Below, in pieces: positions 25,901 to 38,442 of a DNA stretch of 64,000 bases. The notes beneath the pieces were generated by a model. It made no database searches. It worked only from the letters and a program-made list of their open reading frames with translations, and was not told the origin of the DNA. Position 1 is the first letter of the stretch; every line of letters starts with the position of its first letter. This DNA comes from Epiperipatus broadwayi (taxonomy: Eukaryota; Animalia; Onychophora): the NCBI GenBank assembly GCA_028023455.1, contig JAQFVV010000010.1, positions 15,376,001 to 15,440,000 on the forward strand, read 5' to 3'. Both the position numbers and the translations under genes were made by a program.

Positions 25901-27208
25901 ATATAAACAATTTAAAATTAAAAGTGAAAGAACGTTAATTCTCTTTTTACTGAAACATAATTCCCATAACACAAGTTTAAAAAGTCACTTTATCAATTAA
26001 AACTTTTTCCCCTTATTTACTTGTAATGCTGAAAACAAACTTTAAAATGATAAATAATGAATATCACATTAATTCAACAAACATCTGCTGTAAAACTTTC
26101 TAAAGTAGCAGAGAAAAAGAATATCTTTTATATTATCTATTAAATAAGGTTAATTAATTATTCACATGTTCTATTAGTTTTATGATTCTTTTAATATTTT
26201 AAAGATTTAAGTACTGCACACAGTTTTTCTTTATAAGTGATTCCAGTTTGAAATAAATCATTTTCCCTTTTCCTGGATACTGTTTTATGGTAAAAGATGC
26301 ATTATATAAATTTACTGCAGCAGCTATATTAACTTCTAGAATATTTTATTCATATGTGTATAGGCTTAAAATTGATTTCCACATTTTTTACTTTGGAAAA
26401 CATAATTATATACTGTCATAGTAGATACGATCATATGTATATGTTATTAACTTCAATTTTAAACATTTTCTTACATTATAAGTTATTAAACATTATTGTA
26501 GCAACAAGAGAAATAATTAAAATAACAGTTCTACATCAAGATGCTAAGAAGAAAGAGAAAGTTATATAACACAGCATAAACCATTCCTTTATCAGTTGTT
26601 CCCATATGAGTAAACTTTCTCCATGGATATAAGCAAATCTTTTGGCTGCAATATATTTTTGTTAAAGCCATTCTATGTATTCTGTCCTTTTTCTTTAGCC
26701 ATTATAACAAGCAATATTAATGTGGCATTTGAAAAGCAGACTAATTAGTTTTCTATTATGTTAGAACTTTTTAATGGAAAAAAATTTTAGACATTTTTTA
26801 AAATAATAATTGTTTACTATAAATAATTTATGCACACAATTTCTTAATAATTTTAAAGCACAATTCTTAATTGTCTACACACAGCCTTAATAATTTCTGC
26901 ATACTTTTTTTTCCACTTCCACACATACTTCTAGTTCTACTTTTATAGCTAATCCAATTGATCAGCTGACATATTTTAAAATTGACTAACCAATAAGATC
27001 AAGTTTTGTTTCTATTTTTAGATTCTATTTTTAACCTTAATTAAAAGAAAGAAAGAAAAAAAGATTTTAAAAACAACAGTTTAATTATATAATATTTTAA
27101 CTTTTCATTTAATATAATATTTTTATAACTGTTTAATGAGCTAAATATTATTAAATTAGAATTACCTGACAAATCAATTATTTCTCATATATTTTAATTA
27201 TTAAGTAT

Positions 27209-27443
27209 GGTAGTTTTACCCGACGTGCTCTATCGTGAATTTGAATTTTATAGCATTTTCTTGTTTTTTTTTTATAATTTGTACTTTCGATGTATTTCTT
27301 GGGTATATATAGCTTCAGGCATTTTTACTTGTCAATTTTCAGCCACTTTTGGATATAAATTTATCACTTGCAGCCTTCAGACTGGTTGTTGATGGTCCTG
27401 CAGCATGACCTGGTGGCGATCGAGCACGTCGGGTAAAACTACC
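27209..27443. mobile_element. 235-bp MITE with GG-terminal 22-bp perfect TIRs and 8-bp TSD (Merlin-like)
   Basis: TIR GGTAGTTTTACCCGACGTGCTC (27209-27230 / 27422-27443). TSD TTAAGTAT (27201-27208, 27444-27451). Superfamily assignment is inferred from GG ends plus 8-bp TSD. Confidence 0.8.
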
Positions 27444-28538
27444 TTAAGTATTAAACATAAGTCAATTTTAATACCTTTTAACAAAGATAATTATTACTTA
27501 GAAAATTAAATGTTTTTAAAGCAATACACATGTAAGCACACAGACATATACATATATAATTAAAAATGCTTTAACTTGGCATTGCTTTTTTCTTACATAA
27601 TATTCCACAATAACTAATTTAAAATATTTTAAGTTAACTAAACTTTGCATATTTAATCTATAATTGTTGAAATTAAACTTACTTAAAGTGTAAGCTATAT
27701 TATTTTAACAATTCTTTAAACTACTCTATTATTAAAATTTACATTTATAATAGATTAGAACTTTAAACATAATTCGTTTTATTTTAGTTTAAATGGCCAC
27801 AAAGAATATCACTCATCTAAAATTTAAAATTTTTACCATTCTATGCACTTAACTATTTTATTTAGGCACAAGGCTCAATTAAAATGGATACAATATATAT
27901 TATACTTAGCAATGCAAATGAAAAACAATGGCTAAAATAAATTTATATGTTTAAATGTAGTTTACGTGCCTTCATTACACATTCACACATACAGCAATTT
28001 GCCCTAGTTAAAATTTAAAATTGAAGTAAATATACATAGGTCCACATATATACATGTATGTAGCTTCAGTGGTATAGGTTTTCTTTTATTAGAAATATAA
28101 ACTCCCTCACATGATTGACTTTTTTGATCTGAATATTTAATTCATGTTTAAATTTATAAGAAGATATCTTGTATTACACAATGAATGTTTTTTTATCTTT
28201 TGTAATTTCTGTAAAGATAAGAGTCTATTATTTACATTTCAGATAAATTAATAAGGTTGAAAAACCATTATTTGATAAGGACTATCTGAAATTAACATAA
28301 AATATATTTTTACATTTTGAGGCCATTTAATAAGACCATAAAATTAAGTAGTTATTAGAAATAAGTTTTTAAACTAGATCTTGTTGTAAGCATTTTCCAC
28401 CAGTTACTATTTATAAAATAAGTAGATTAACTTAAAAATTGTTGTTATAATTTTGAAACAAAACAAAAAATAGTAAAACCATGGGAAGATGTCACAGATA
28501 AGAGAGCAATGATTTAAAAAGCATTATTGTTTTGATTA

Positions 28539-29695
28539 CACCTGGGTCTCTTTTTACGTGGACTTATTTAACACGATTTTAAAGTTACGTGATTCATGTT
28601 TCACCGGAAGTCGAACTCCGATAATGCGATATTACTTTAAATAATAAATTTCGTGCACTTACGTCATATTGAAAGTAATAGCACATTATTGGAATTCGAC
28701 TTTCATCTTAGTAATTTCAATATTTTCAGTGCTTTATAATAGTAAGATTTTATGCAATAATGAAATTAAAATCATGATTTCCACATTTTATGTATACACA
28801 CATTAAATTTTACAAGATTATAATGTAAATTTGTTCAAACATTGTGCGTGTTAATTTTGCATTTTAAATCACATTGTTTTTGCTTTTTAAAAAAGAACAT
28901 AATCAATTATTAATCATTTAGTGTCCGCAAGTTTATTTTTAAAAGGTGAGTAATAGCAGTGGGCACAATTAAATTTGACAATTAAAAATTAAAATCTGAT
29001 TTTTAATTGTAATTAACAATTTAGAAATTACTTATGGTGACTTGAAATTAATGTGATGTAAAACAAAATTTGATTTTTAAACGGAATTGAAAATTAAAAA
29101 ATTCAAGACAAAAATAAGAATTTAATTTTTAGTTGATAGTTTTAATTAAATTTTTCCCAGCAGTGGTGAATAAATATCTTTTTATTATCATAAGTCTAAG
29201 TGCATAAACAATTAATAAAATCATCATCTCAAAGATTAATTACTAATTACGTTGTCAACTGAAAACCATTAACACAATATGAGAGTGAACTTGGCACTAG
29301 TTGAATTTCCTCCTGTGAAGAATCTATTTTTTACCACTTTGCAAACGAAACTGTTTATCAGCAAATAGCAATAATAATTAAAACGCGTATAAAAAAATGT
29401 AAATTACTGTACTGTAAATTATGCATAAAAATATATTATTTTGAATAAAATTAAATATAGTTAAAAAAAGTTTGTCTTGTATCAATTTTTTTCAAATTTG
29501 AAATTTTTTATTAGTCATATTTTATTTCCTTATTTTTTTTGTGCGAATTTTAAAGTAAATTTTATGTTGGTGCTTTGCTTTTATGCGAGTTTTGAAAATC
29601 ACAGTCTGTATCCCCCCTTTTTCAAGGTAAGTTACGTCTATTTTTGCGCGTGTTTTCTGAGGAACTTATCTATCGTGGAAAACGAGACCCAGGTG
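28539..29695. mobile_element. Non-autonomous TIR element flanked by TA (Tc1/mariner-like)
   Basis: CACCTGGGTCTC(T/G)TTTT.. at both ends in inverted orientation. TA at 28537-38 and 29696-97. No transposase ORF. Confidence 0.7.
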
Positions 29696-30049
29696 TATAT
29701 CAGTTGAAGGAAAAATTATTATTTAGAAATTATGGAAACTAGATGTGTATTGGATTAAAGAATTTTATGATCCAATCCAGAAGTCAAATTTGAATGAATT
29801 AGAAACTGTCTTTCATTTTCTGTTCTATTATAATGAATTACACAAATTCAGAAATATTTTAGTCACTATTACTTGTTCTCACATTCTATCATTAAATGGG
29901 AATTACACGAATTCAGAAATATTTTAGTCACTATTACTTGTTCTCATATTCTATCATTAAATGGGCCAATTAATGACTTTTCATCATAATTACTTTGTAA
30001 CTCTATGAAGGTTTACTTCTTTTCTTTTATTATATAATTCTATTACTAG

Positions 30050-31065
30050 CATTCATTCACTTCGAAAGAAAATATTATTTTATTTCAGTTAAACAAAAAC
30101 TAGCTGAGCAATGCTTTCAACATAGAAGGTCATATTCATAGCACAAACTTATCAGCTGAGTTTAATTAATTAAGAGAAAAACACAAAAATTGATATAAAT
30201 TTGTCAATTTACAGATTAAACCTTTTAATGTTTGTTGTGTAATACATCTCCAATTGCATACTCCCACATCACACAAGTTGACAGGTTTCAAATGCTTTCT
30301 TTACAGAAACCAAAAATTACGCAAGTTTGAAGCAGATCAGAAAAGTAGCATTGAAAGCTATATTAAAGACCTGAGCAATGTAGGTTATAATTAGACCAGC
30401 TTACTTAGAATGCTAAAAACATTCTACTAAAGAGTGAATCCCTACCCTCCAGATTCTAAAAATACCAATAAGTGGATAAGTCTTCCCTTTATGCCTGGGT
30501 TATCAGTGTTTACAGAATATATGATCTGACACATTTAATGTCAGTTTCAGAATCCCTTCAAAACTAAACAAGCTCCAAAATAACATGAAGGGTGGGTTGC
30601 CTTTGAGCCAGGCCCTACAGATTGTTTACAATATCAGTTTCAATGAGCCTGGTTGTAGAACAATCTATTATAGGGAATCACATTCTAACAGCACTAACAG
30701 ACTAGGACAACATAAGTATATTTACAACCATGCAAAGAAAGATCCCAATATCAAATCTGAATTTCTGGAACATGAAATGACATATGGCCACAGTTTAAAT
30801 CCATATAATATTAAAGTAGCATGTGCGGAGCACAATGATTGAAAAATGATAATAAAAAAGACTCGTGTATTACCTTATCCCCAAAGTGGGATAATGTAAA
30901 TCGACAAATTTAGGATAATAACTATCAGTTATTAAACTTGAAGCTTTTTTTTTTAATTAAATAATCTCTGCCAACAAGTTTGAGCACTGTGAATATGATC
31001 TATTACATTGAAAGCATTGTTCAGTTAGTTTTTGTTTAACTGAAATAATTACAATCTTTTCTTTA
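30050..31065 (+). mobile_element. Degenerate Penelope-like element fragment (GIY-YIG region) with inverted pLTR-like ends
   Basis: ORF 30585-30842 IVYNISFNEPGCRTIYYRES...RLGQHKY resembles the PLE GIY-YIG domain. ~30050-30150 and ~30965-31060 are inverted copies. A third copy of this end sequence is at ~47695-47870. Confidence 0.65.
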
Positions 31066-31123
31066 TGGTTTCTAAGATGCTATTTTGTGTTTAACTTTAT
31101 CTCTTCCCAACTTCTTTTTTTAT

Positions 31124-31320
31124 AAGCCAATAAACATCACATGACCACCACCTCTTATGCTTGGGTATAACTGTTGTTAAAACAGGCAAAACTCACTATA
31201 TATATTGCCACATACAGCAAGCTAGAGTAATCAATGGATGCCAGAAGGCTTGTGCATAAAATCCCCATCTAGTGCCTACTCATCCAATATTCCCAGACTA
31301 GTTTCTGGCTTATGGCCTTC
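31124..31320 (-). mobile_element. Family B insertion truncated inside the HHR core
   Basis: Matches the unit from AAGCCAATAAAC to GGCCTTC. 13-bp TSD CTTCTTTTTTTAT (31111-31123, 31317-31329), with 4-bp overlap with the element. Confidence 0.88.
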
Positions 31321-31770
31321 TTTTTTTATTCTATAAAATACACAAAATTAAACTTAAAAATTTAATCCAAATCCTTCTTGTTATTCATGCAAACATTTGA
31401 AGACTTTTCTCATTTCTCGTAAATTTGTAAACACACCAAGGCTTGTAAATGTTTGTTTGATTTTTGCCCTCTCCTTTTTTGGTAATTTTTTGAAAAAGTT
31501 ATTTGAATATAACTATGTTGAATATATTTAAATGTACGTTTTCCTTTTTTGTTTTGTAAATACAGCAAAAGATGTACTTTTCAGATAATTTTTATTTTAT
31601 TTTATACAATCTCAAAATTTTACATATTTTGACCCCTTTTCTTTAAATATATATTATACATTGTAATTCGAAATTCTATCTTATTTAGATAATTTAGAAA
31701 ATAATCTAAGCAATACTATATAATTATATTTATTTATAAAATTAAATATACTTTTCTTAGACAATTGTAA

Positions 31771-31928
31771 ATTATAAATATATGCGCTAACATGCCCGCA
31801 CATGAAAAGCTATAATTGCATGAAAATGAGGACATTTAATGCCCTCGAAAGCGCTTAATCTTCGATAATAATTTTTATACAATTATAGCTTTTCTTATGA
31901 GAGCGTGTCAATGCATATATTTATAACA
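31771..31928. repeat. Imperfect ~55-bp inverted repeat (MITE-like)
   Basis: TTATAAATATATGC...AAAAGCTATAATTG vs CAATTATAGCTTTT...GCATATATTTATAA. Confidence 0.6.
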
Positions 31929-33143
31929 ATGTTTATATAACTTATATATAGAGTTTTATAGTAAAACTATATGTGCATGTATTTACTTGATATTAATAAT
32001 TAAAATTTTACTTTAAAATAGAATTAAATTTCAATATTTCATCATTCTAACGTAAGTCATTCAAACGGAAATTTTGATGTTTGTAATAATATTTTTAAGT
32101 TATTTTAATGTATTTAAAGATGTAGCATTTTATCCAGATATTTTAACAGTTATCAAATATATATTCTTAGAAAGATTATAATAATTTTCTGTGTTTATAT
32201 TTGTTCATTAATTTCAAGTTCAAAAAAATGCGTTCTAATCTTGATAATTAGTAGAAAGTTTACTAGCCTGTGAATCGAGAATTCACATTACTTATTAGCA
32301 ATGAGATATGGAGTTTGTGATCCCTTAACTCTAAGTGAAAGAATTATTAGTGTAATAGTTTGGGAAATGCTGATAGTTTAATTAGAATGGCAGATCATTT
32401 TTAGAATTGATCAGTGATATTGTATTTATAAATGTATTAGAGTTGGATTAATTTTTAAATATTTGATGGGTCATGTGTTTTATAGTATTAAGTGTATAGG
32501 TGAATTATTTATAGTATCTAAACGTTTGTGATGATGATGTATTATTAGATGTGATATATTGGACTATTTCCATCATCTATGAGTGAATGCTGAATGTATA
32601 GAAAATTTTAAATTTTCAAATGCAAACAACTTATTAGTATAACACCCAAATAGACAACCCACATTAGTAATTACCCAAACGTTTTTAGTAGTATAACTCT
32701 CCACTCTTTTTCAAGTGTCACTGCCCTAATATGCACAGTGACTGTATTCGCATAGAAGTCAAACCTGCACCTTTAGATTCTTGAATATTGAATTTAAGGC
32801 AAATGCTTTTTTTTTTGTCTATTTAGTATACTTATGCCTTTAGGGTGCACATGCAGTATATGTGGTTATAATAAGAGTATCTGTGAATATATTATCATAG
32901 TTATATGAGTAGGAAGTAATAATCATTTTAGATGATTAATTGAATTAAGTGCTTGAAAAAAATAATCTGAATGTTTGGAATTTACCTAATTATCAAGATA
33001 TTTTTACTATTTTAAAAACCTGTAATTAAACCCAATTATTAAATATCTATGAAGAACTTATTGTTAAATATCAAAATTATTTTTCGGTTTAAAAAAAGGG
33101 TTAATGGCTTTATTGCACAGGAGTTCATAAGAAGTTCAATATC

Positions 33144-33313
33144 AGAACTGTGAGTGCCAGAATCGGTCCTGGGATCTCTCAATCCCAAGTTGATACTCTA
33201 TCAATTGTGCCAAATTGCACAAGGCAAACATAAGAACTGTGAGTGCCAGAATCGGTCCTGGGATCTCCCGATCCAAGTTGGACACTACCAACTGTGCCAA
33301 AATGCACAAGGCC
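33144..33313 (-). mobile_element. Tandem pair (89-bp period) of tRNA-derived SINE heads
   Basis: Minus strand has TGGCACAGTTGGTAG (A box) and GGACCGATTCT (B-box-like) twice. Confidence 0.55.
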
Positions 33314-33353
33314 AAAAAGAGTAATGGTTTTATTGCTTGAGAATCATAAGAAA

Positions 33354-33474
33354 TTTAATCAGCCATTTAAGCTATTGTGCGCTTTTTCACGAGTGTTGAA
33401 TAATAATAAATGAGTACTTCCGCTTACAACACAAGATATAGAATTTAGGACAATAGCTTAAATGGCTGATTAAA
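33354..33474. repeat. 25-bp perfect inverted repeat
   Basis: TTTAATCAGCCATTTAAGCTATTGT (33354-33378) / ACAATAGCTTAAATGGCTGATTAAA (33450-33474). Confidence 0.85.
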
Positions 33475-36235
33475 TATATTGAATAAAATATTGTTCTAAA
33501 TATAAACGTCTTAGTTTATTTCTTCATGCTTAAAAACAGGTGGTACCCATGTAATTTATGTAAATAAATAGACAGAAAAATATAAAATTCTGAAATATGC
33601 TAGTCTGACCATTATTATATCTAGGTGATGGAAATAATCTACTCCATAATTAGAAATTAAGAGATTTATTATTAACATTTCTAGACAGGGAAAAAAATTG
33701 CCTATAGTTAAAAAATAACTGAGGTTATTAAATTATATATATACTGGTTGAGAATCATATCCATGTTACTGTTCAAGTAGGTTGATATGGGTTGAAAATC
33801 TTGTGTTGTTTTTAATTTCAGGCTTTTAGCTTGAATAGTAAAATGGAGTTAAAGGTGATTTTTAGTTAAATAACTTCCAACATTGAATTTCAAGTTTTTA
33901 TTGATAAAAACAAAAGGCGGATATCATTTTTATCATATACTGTGTAAACTAAAGAATCAAGTGATTTGTTTTCAATATATATAAAAGCCCTATTTTCTCT
34001 GTTGTCTGATTGGTTAATGTATGTTTGTCCACAAGACTGTCATGTGTCCAATTCACAACCAATTAAAAAAAGAATATTATGTTTGTCTGCATTACAAATA
34101 ATATTTTATGCAAAGGCAGTAATTCCGCCATTAATAGTTTTCTGTAATGCTGTCAAATTCACATATCAAATTTAACAGGTATATTTTAAATTTTAATTTA
34201 GAGGTTTAATTTGATCTAGAGCATTTTATTCAAAGCAAGTAATTCTGCAAAGCAAAAAAAACTCGTTAAAGCAATGAATTAAAAAACATGGTCTTCATAT
34301 AGGGTGGGTGCATCTGGTTATTATATATAGCTACTATGTTTATGCATATACATACAATCTCTCCATAAATATGCATATATATAAGTACTTTAAAATTATG
34401 ATTTTATCTTTCAAATAAGTAGAAATTTAATTTATATGATTTACATCATAATTATTGTTATGACATTAATATATTCATATTTGCAGTTTCTTAACACATC
34501 TTTTATATATATATGTAATTATATTAATGTTTATTTATAAAATAAAAACATTTAAAATTATGTTTGAATTTGAATGATTTTTTTTTTTTTAATAGAGAGA
34601 CTGAGAGAAAATTAATAGTCATATAGAGATTTATTTATTTGCTTGTTCTTTTAAAAAATGTAATTATTCTACCTTTTTCACAGCATTAAAAACATTTTGT
34701 TGTTAATTGAAATTTTTTATTACTTTACTATAAATTGAGAGAGAGATGAAAAAACATTTTCTTTTATTAAAGTTGAGTAATTTAAAAGTTTAGAAGGAGT
34801 TAATAAAAATAAATTAATAAATACTAAAAAGAATGCTGTATTATATTTACTAACATTGTTTATTGATACTTAAATGTAATTAAAATCAGTTTGTTTGTTT
34901 CAGCAAGAGTTTGAATCGTTTTATATATATATTAATCATTGCAAATATCCTGTACAGTTTAGAGTAGATGGTAATGTAACAGACTCAAGAACTAAAGGTT
35001 CCTGAATTGAAATTCTACTATCATTCTAGCGCTTGCATATCACATGATCTCTAAGCAATAAAAATTCAACTACTATTTATTGCAAATGATTTCATGCACT
35101 TTTTTTATTTCCTCATTAATTTGCTTTATTTTCTTCATATTAGATCTTGGTTTAAAATTATCTCTCCATCTTATTTGGGACATTTTCTCTTTTTATTTGA
35201 TATTCTATGACCTTATTCTTTAACTACTTTTTTTATATGCACTTCACATGTTATTTCTTTTAGTGTATGTTTACTTTTCCTAATGAAAGATTTTGTTTTG
35301 TCTTACTCCTAATCTTTTATTATTTTTATACCATTTACATGTTCTATAGAAATATTTTTAGTATATATACTACCAGTATTTATTAACTTTTAAATATTCT
35401 TTATTTTTTATATTTATTCCATTTATTTTATTGCCTAAATATGTAAACTCTCATATTGTTTTTGTTGGAAGGTTGTTAGGTATAATGATCTAATTGGCTA
35501 CCTACATTTCCATTTCTAACTTTTATTAACTATTTAAACACTGCTTTGATATCACGAAAGAATACTAAGATAACTAATCAAACATTTGAAGATTTCTTTA
35601 GAAAAACAATGATTTATTGTTCAATTAAAAATTCAATATGCAATCTAAATCTCTTAATATTAGTTATCATTGACAAGGTCTTCTTTTTATGAACATTTAG
35701 TTGTATTTGTTTTTTCAATTTCTAATAAAAAGGCAATTCTAACTTTTCAAGGTTTTTTTGAATTTCTTGTTGTAATCTAGCTAATATTGATTTGCAAAAT
35801 TGATTGATTTAGAATTTCATAATGTTTTTTTACTTTATAATTGAAGATTTATTTTGAAAATTTTGTCTTTAAAAAGTTGTAAATTTCTTCTCTTATTGGT
35901 TTTTTAAAAATTGAGAAGATGGAGGCATCAATTGAATCTGTAGTATTATCTAATTTAAATAGTATCTTTTGATTGACAGATGTTTTGTAAATATTTATTT
36001 GTCTTTAAAAATTCTTTAATTTCTTTCTTATTGACTTTTTAAAGTGATAGGAGAGTGGATTGGGATATGGGTAAATTGCTTTGTGGACTTTGGTGCAGCT
36101 GCATCCAATACAAATCCAATCAAACACTCCAAATAAAAATGAACTGGTTGGATTTGAAATATCAAATTAACCACAAAAATAAATAATAAATAAAAACTTT
36201 TTTATTGATTTGAATTTTACTTTTTTTAAATTAAA

Positions 36236-36352
36236 AATGGATGGATGAAATAAGGAAGTGTATTGGAATGATGTGTAGATGAGATGATAGACATCAGAGA
36301 AGAAAAATTGAACTTGGAGACCATCATCATGCAGTGGATCGATAATTGTTAA
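36236..36352 (+). mobile_element. RTE 3'-end fragment
   Basis: Similar to 11740-11850 (TGGATGGATGAAATA...GAACTTGGAGA...GCAGTGGAT). Confidence 0.7.
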
Positions 36353-37795
36353 AAATGATACTTTATTAATATTTCATATATAATACATATACATTATTGA
36401 TTCTATTATATCCTCCTGAAATAAAAAGTTATTCCAGAATTATAAAAAAGAATGTTGATATTTCAACTGTTAAAAAACATACAGTCGTCATATTATGATC
36501 TGCTTTAAAAATCACATTTAATAAAAAGGGAAACTGTTTTAAATAATTTTAAATTAATTTAGATAATTTTAATGGTTGAAATTAAGCTAATATTTTTTTT
36601 ATGTAGCTAACAAGTTTAAATCCAATTCCACCTATTACAGTATGTATGTGTGTGATGTTATAGTAAATCTAAAAATATATATATATGTACTTAAAATTCC
36701 AATATGATCTTATTTACTTGAAGAAAAAAAATGAATTAGATGTTTCAAAATATGCAACCAATGTGTGTGTGGAGGGTTCATCTGATTTCTAGATTGATGG
36801 ATATTTTGGCATCTGTACTTTACCCAATTTTGTCCCATTTTATATTCAGGGTCATTTCTAGTCCAATTAACAATTTTCAAATTATTCAATATTTTCAAAT
36901 TTCACTTATTGATGTTACTACCACTTTTACTGACTCCAATTCATAAACACAATTTGCAATACCATGGTAAATCATCTTTAGTCTTTCTCTTTATTTGAAA
37001 TTTCTAGTCCGTCTAAACCAGTTTTTACCGAGAATATGAATTGTCTCTTAACTATATATGATGGTAGAAATTTTACTTTGGGATTGGTTTTATTGAGTAA
37101 TTACTTTGCCACATAAACATATTTTATTCCCATTAGTATCTGTGGTATTCATGTTTGTTTTCTTGAGTATTAATTTCATTTTATTTTTTTCACTAACTTT
37201 AGACCAGTATTTCTGTGATAATAAAAATAAACCAGCCCTATTATCTACTTCCATAGTTTTTCTTCTTTCATTACCACTCCATGATTTAAAGCCTGAACTT
37301 GACTTAGTTTTTATACTCTTGTCTTTATTTCAACAAATGCAAGCTAAATATCCTATTAAACTACAGACACTATATTTTTCTTTTCATAAAATTTACATTA
37401 TTTCTTTATATGGTCTTTTCCTCCACAGTAGTAACATATTAAAACAGTATTTGAGCTTTTACAGCTCAGTCTGTCAGCTTCTATTTTTTTAACGGTTATT
37501 GGGGTCTTAACACCTATTTGAAATTCTGAAGCATTCTCAACATTACTTTCGGTGCAAAATATTTTCCCATTGTGTACTATAAGTAAGGTTCAGTTCACTT
37601 AATAACATTTTCCTCAACTTGTGATCCATAATACCATACAATAATTGTTTCAAACTTACACTCTTTTGTAAGTATCCTTAACACAATATCATAATCTTGA
37701 TGTCATTTACAAGGTAACTGTTTTTCATTCCTAAATCTTAGGTATACCACCTATTTAGTTGTTGTTGGCTGAATATAAACACTTAACTTGTCCTT

Positions 37796-37967
37796 TAAAA
37801 CTTCATATGGAATGTCTTTGAGAACTTTGGAGTTGCATAGTTGTTTCTTGGATAACAACAAAAGTATAGCTACTTTAATTTTTAACACTTCATATGGAAC
37901 GTCTTTGAGAACTTTGGAGTTGCATAGTTGTTTCTTGGATAACAACAAAAGTATAGCTACTTTAATT
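37796..37967. repeat. 87-bp tandem duplication within a probable decayed LINE fragment
   Basis: CTTCATATGGAA recurs at 37801 and 37888. Confidence 0.85.
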
Positions 37968-38339
37968 TTGTTGTCATCAAATCTATTAATAAACATATCT
38001 TTTGACATGTTCGATCAATTCACAGATATTGTTATTTAATAATGCCATTATAAAGGTTTATACAGATTCTTCAATTATTAAAATGCTTCATTTCTCATTC
38101 TTGCACAAATTGTTCTGCTATAGTTATATCTACACCATACTGCTACTGTTTATACAAGTTCTAATTCGTACAGCTTTTAAAAAACTGTTGACTGCATCAT
38201 TCTGCTTGCTATCTACACAGATTCTTCTACTAAGATATTCATCTTGTATGTAAATGTTTCTAGAGTGAAAATAATAATGAAGGGTGACAGATATACATGT
38301 ACTACCTCTACATAATTACAATACTTTATTTACACTTTT

Positions 38340-38442
38340 TTCTCATGTGTCATAGCATCAGCCGGGAAGCGAACCCGCTAACCCAGGTCAACTGCTTGTA
38401 AAGCAGTTGTCACTGACCTCTCAACCACCAATGCTTGACAAT
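38340..38442 (-). mobile_element. tRNA-Gly-like SINE, second copy
   Basis: Reverse complement: GCATTGGTGGTTGAGAGG...GGGTTCGCTTCCCGGCTGATGC-TATGACA. TSD ATTTACACTTT (38328-38338, 38443-38453). Confidence 0.75.
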
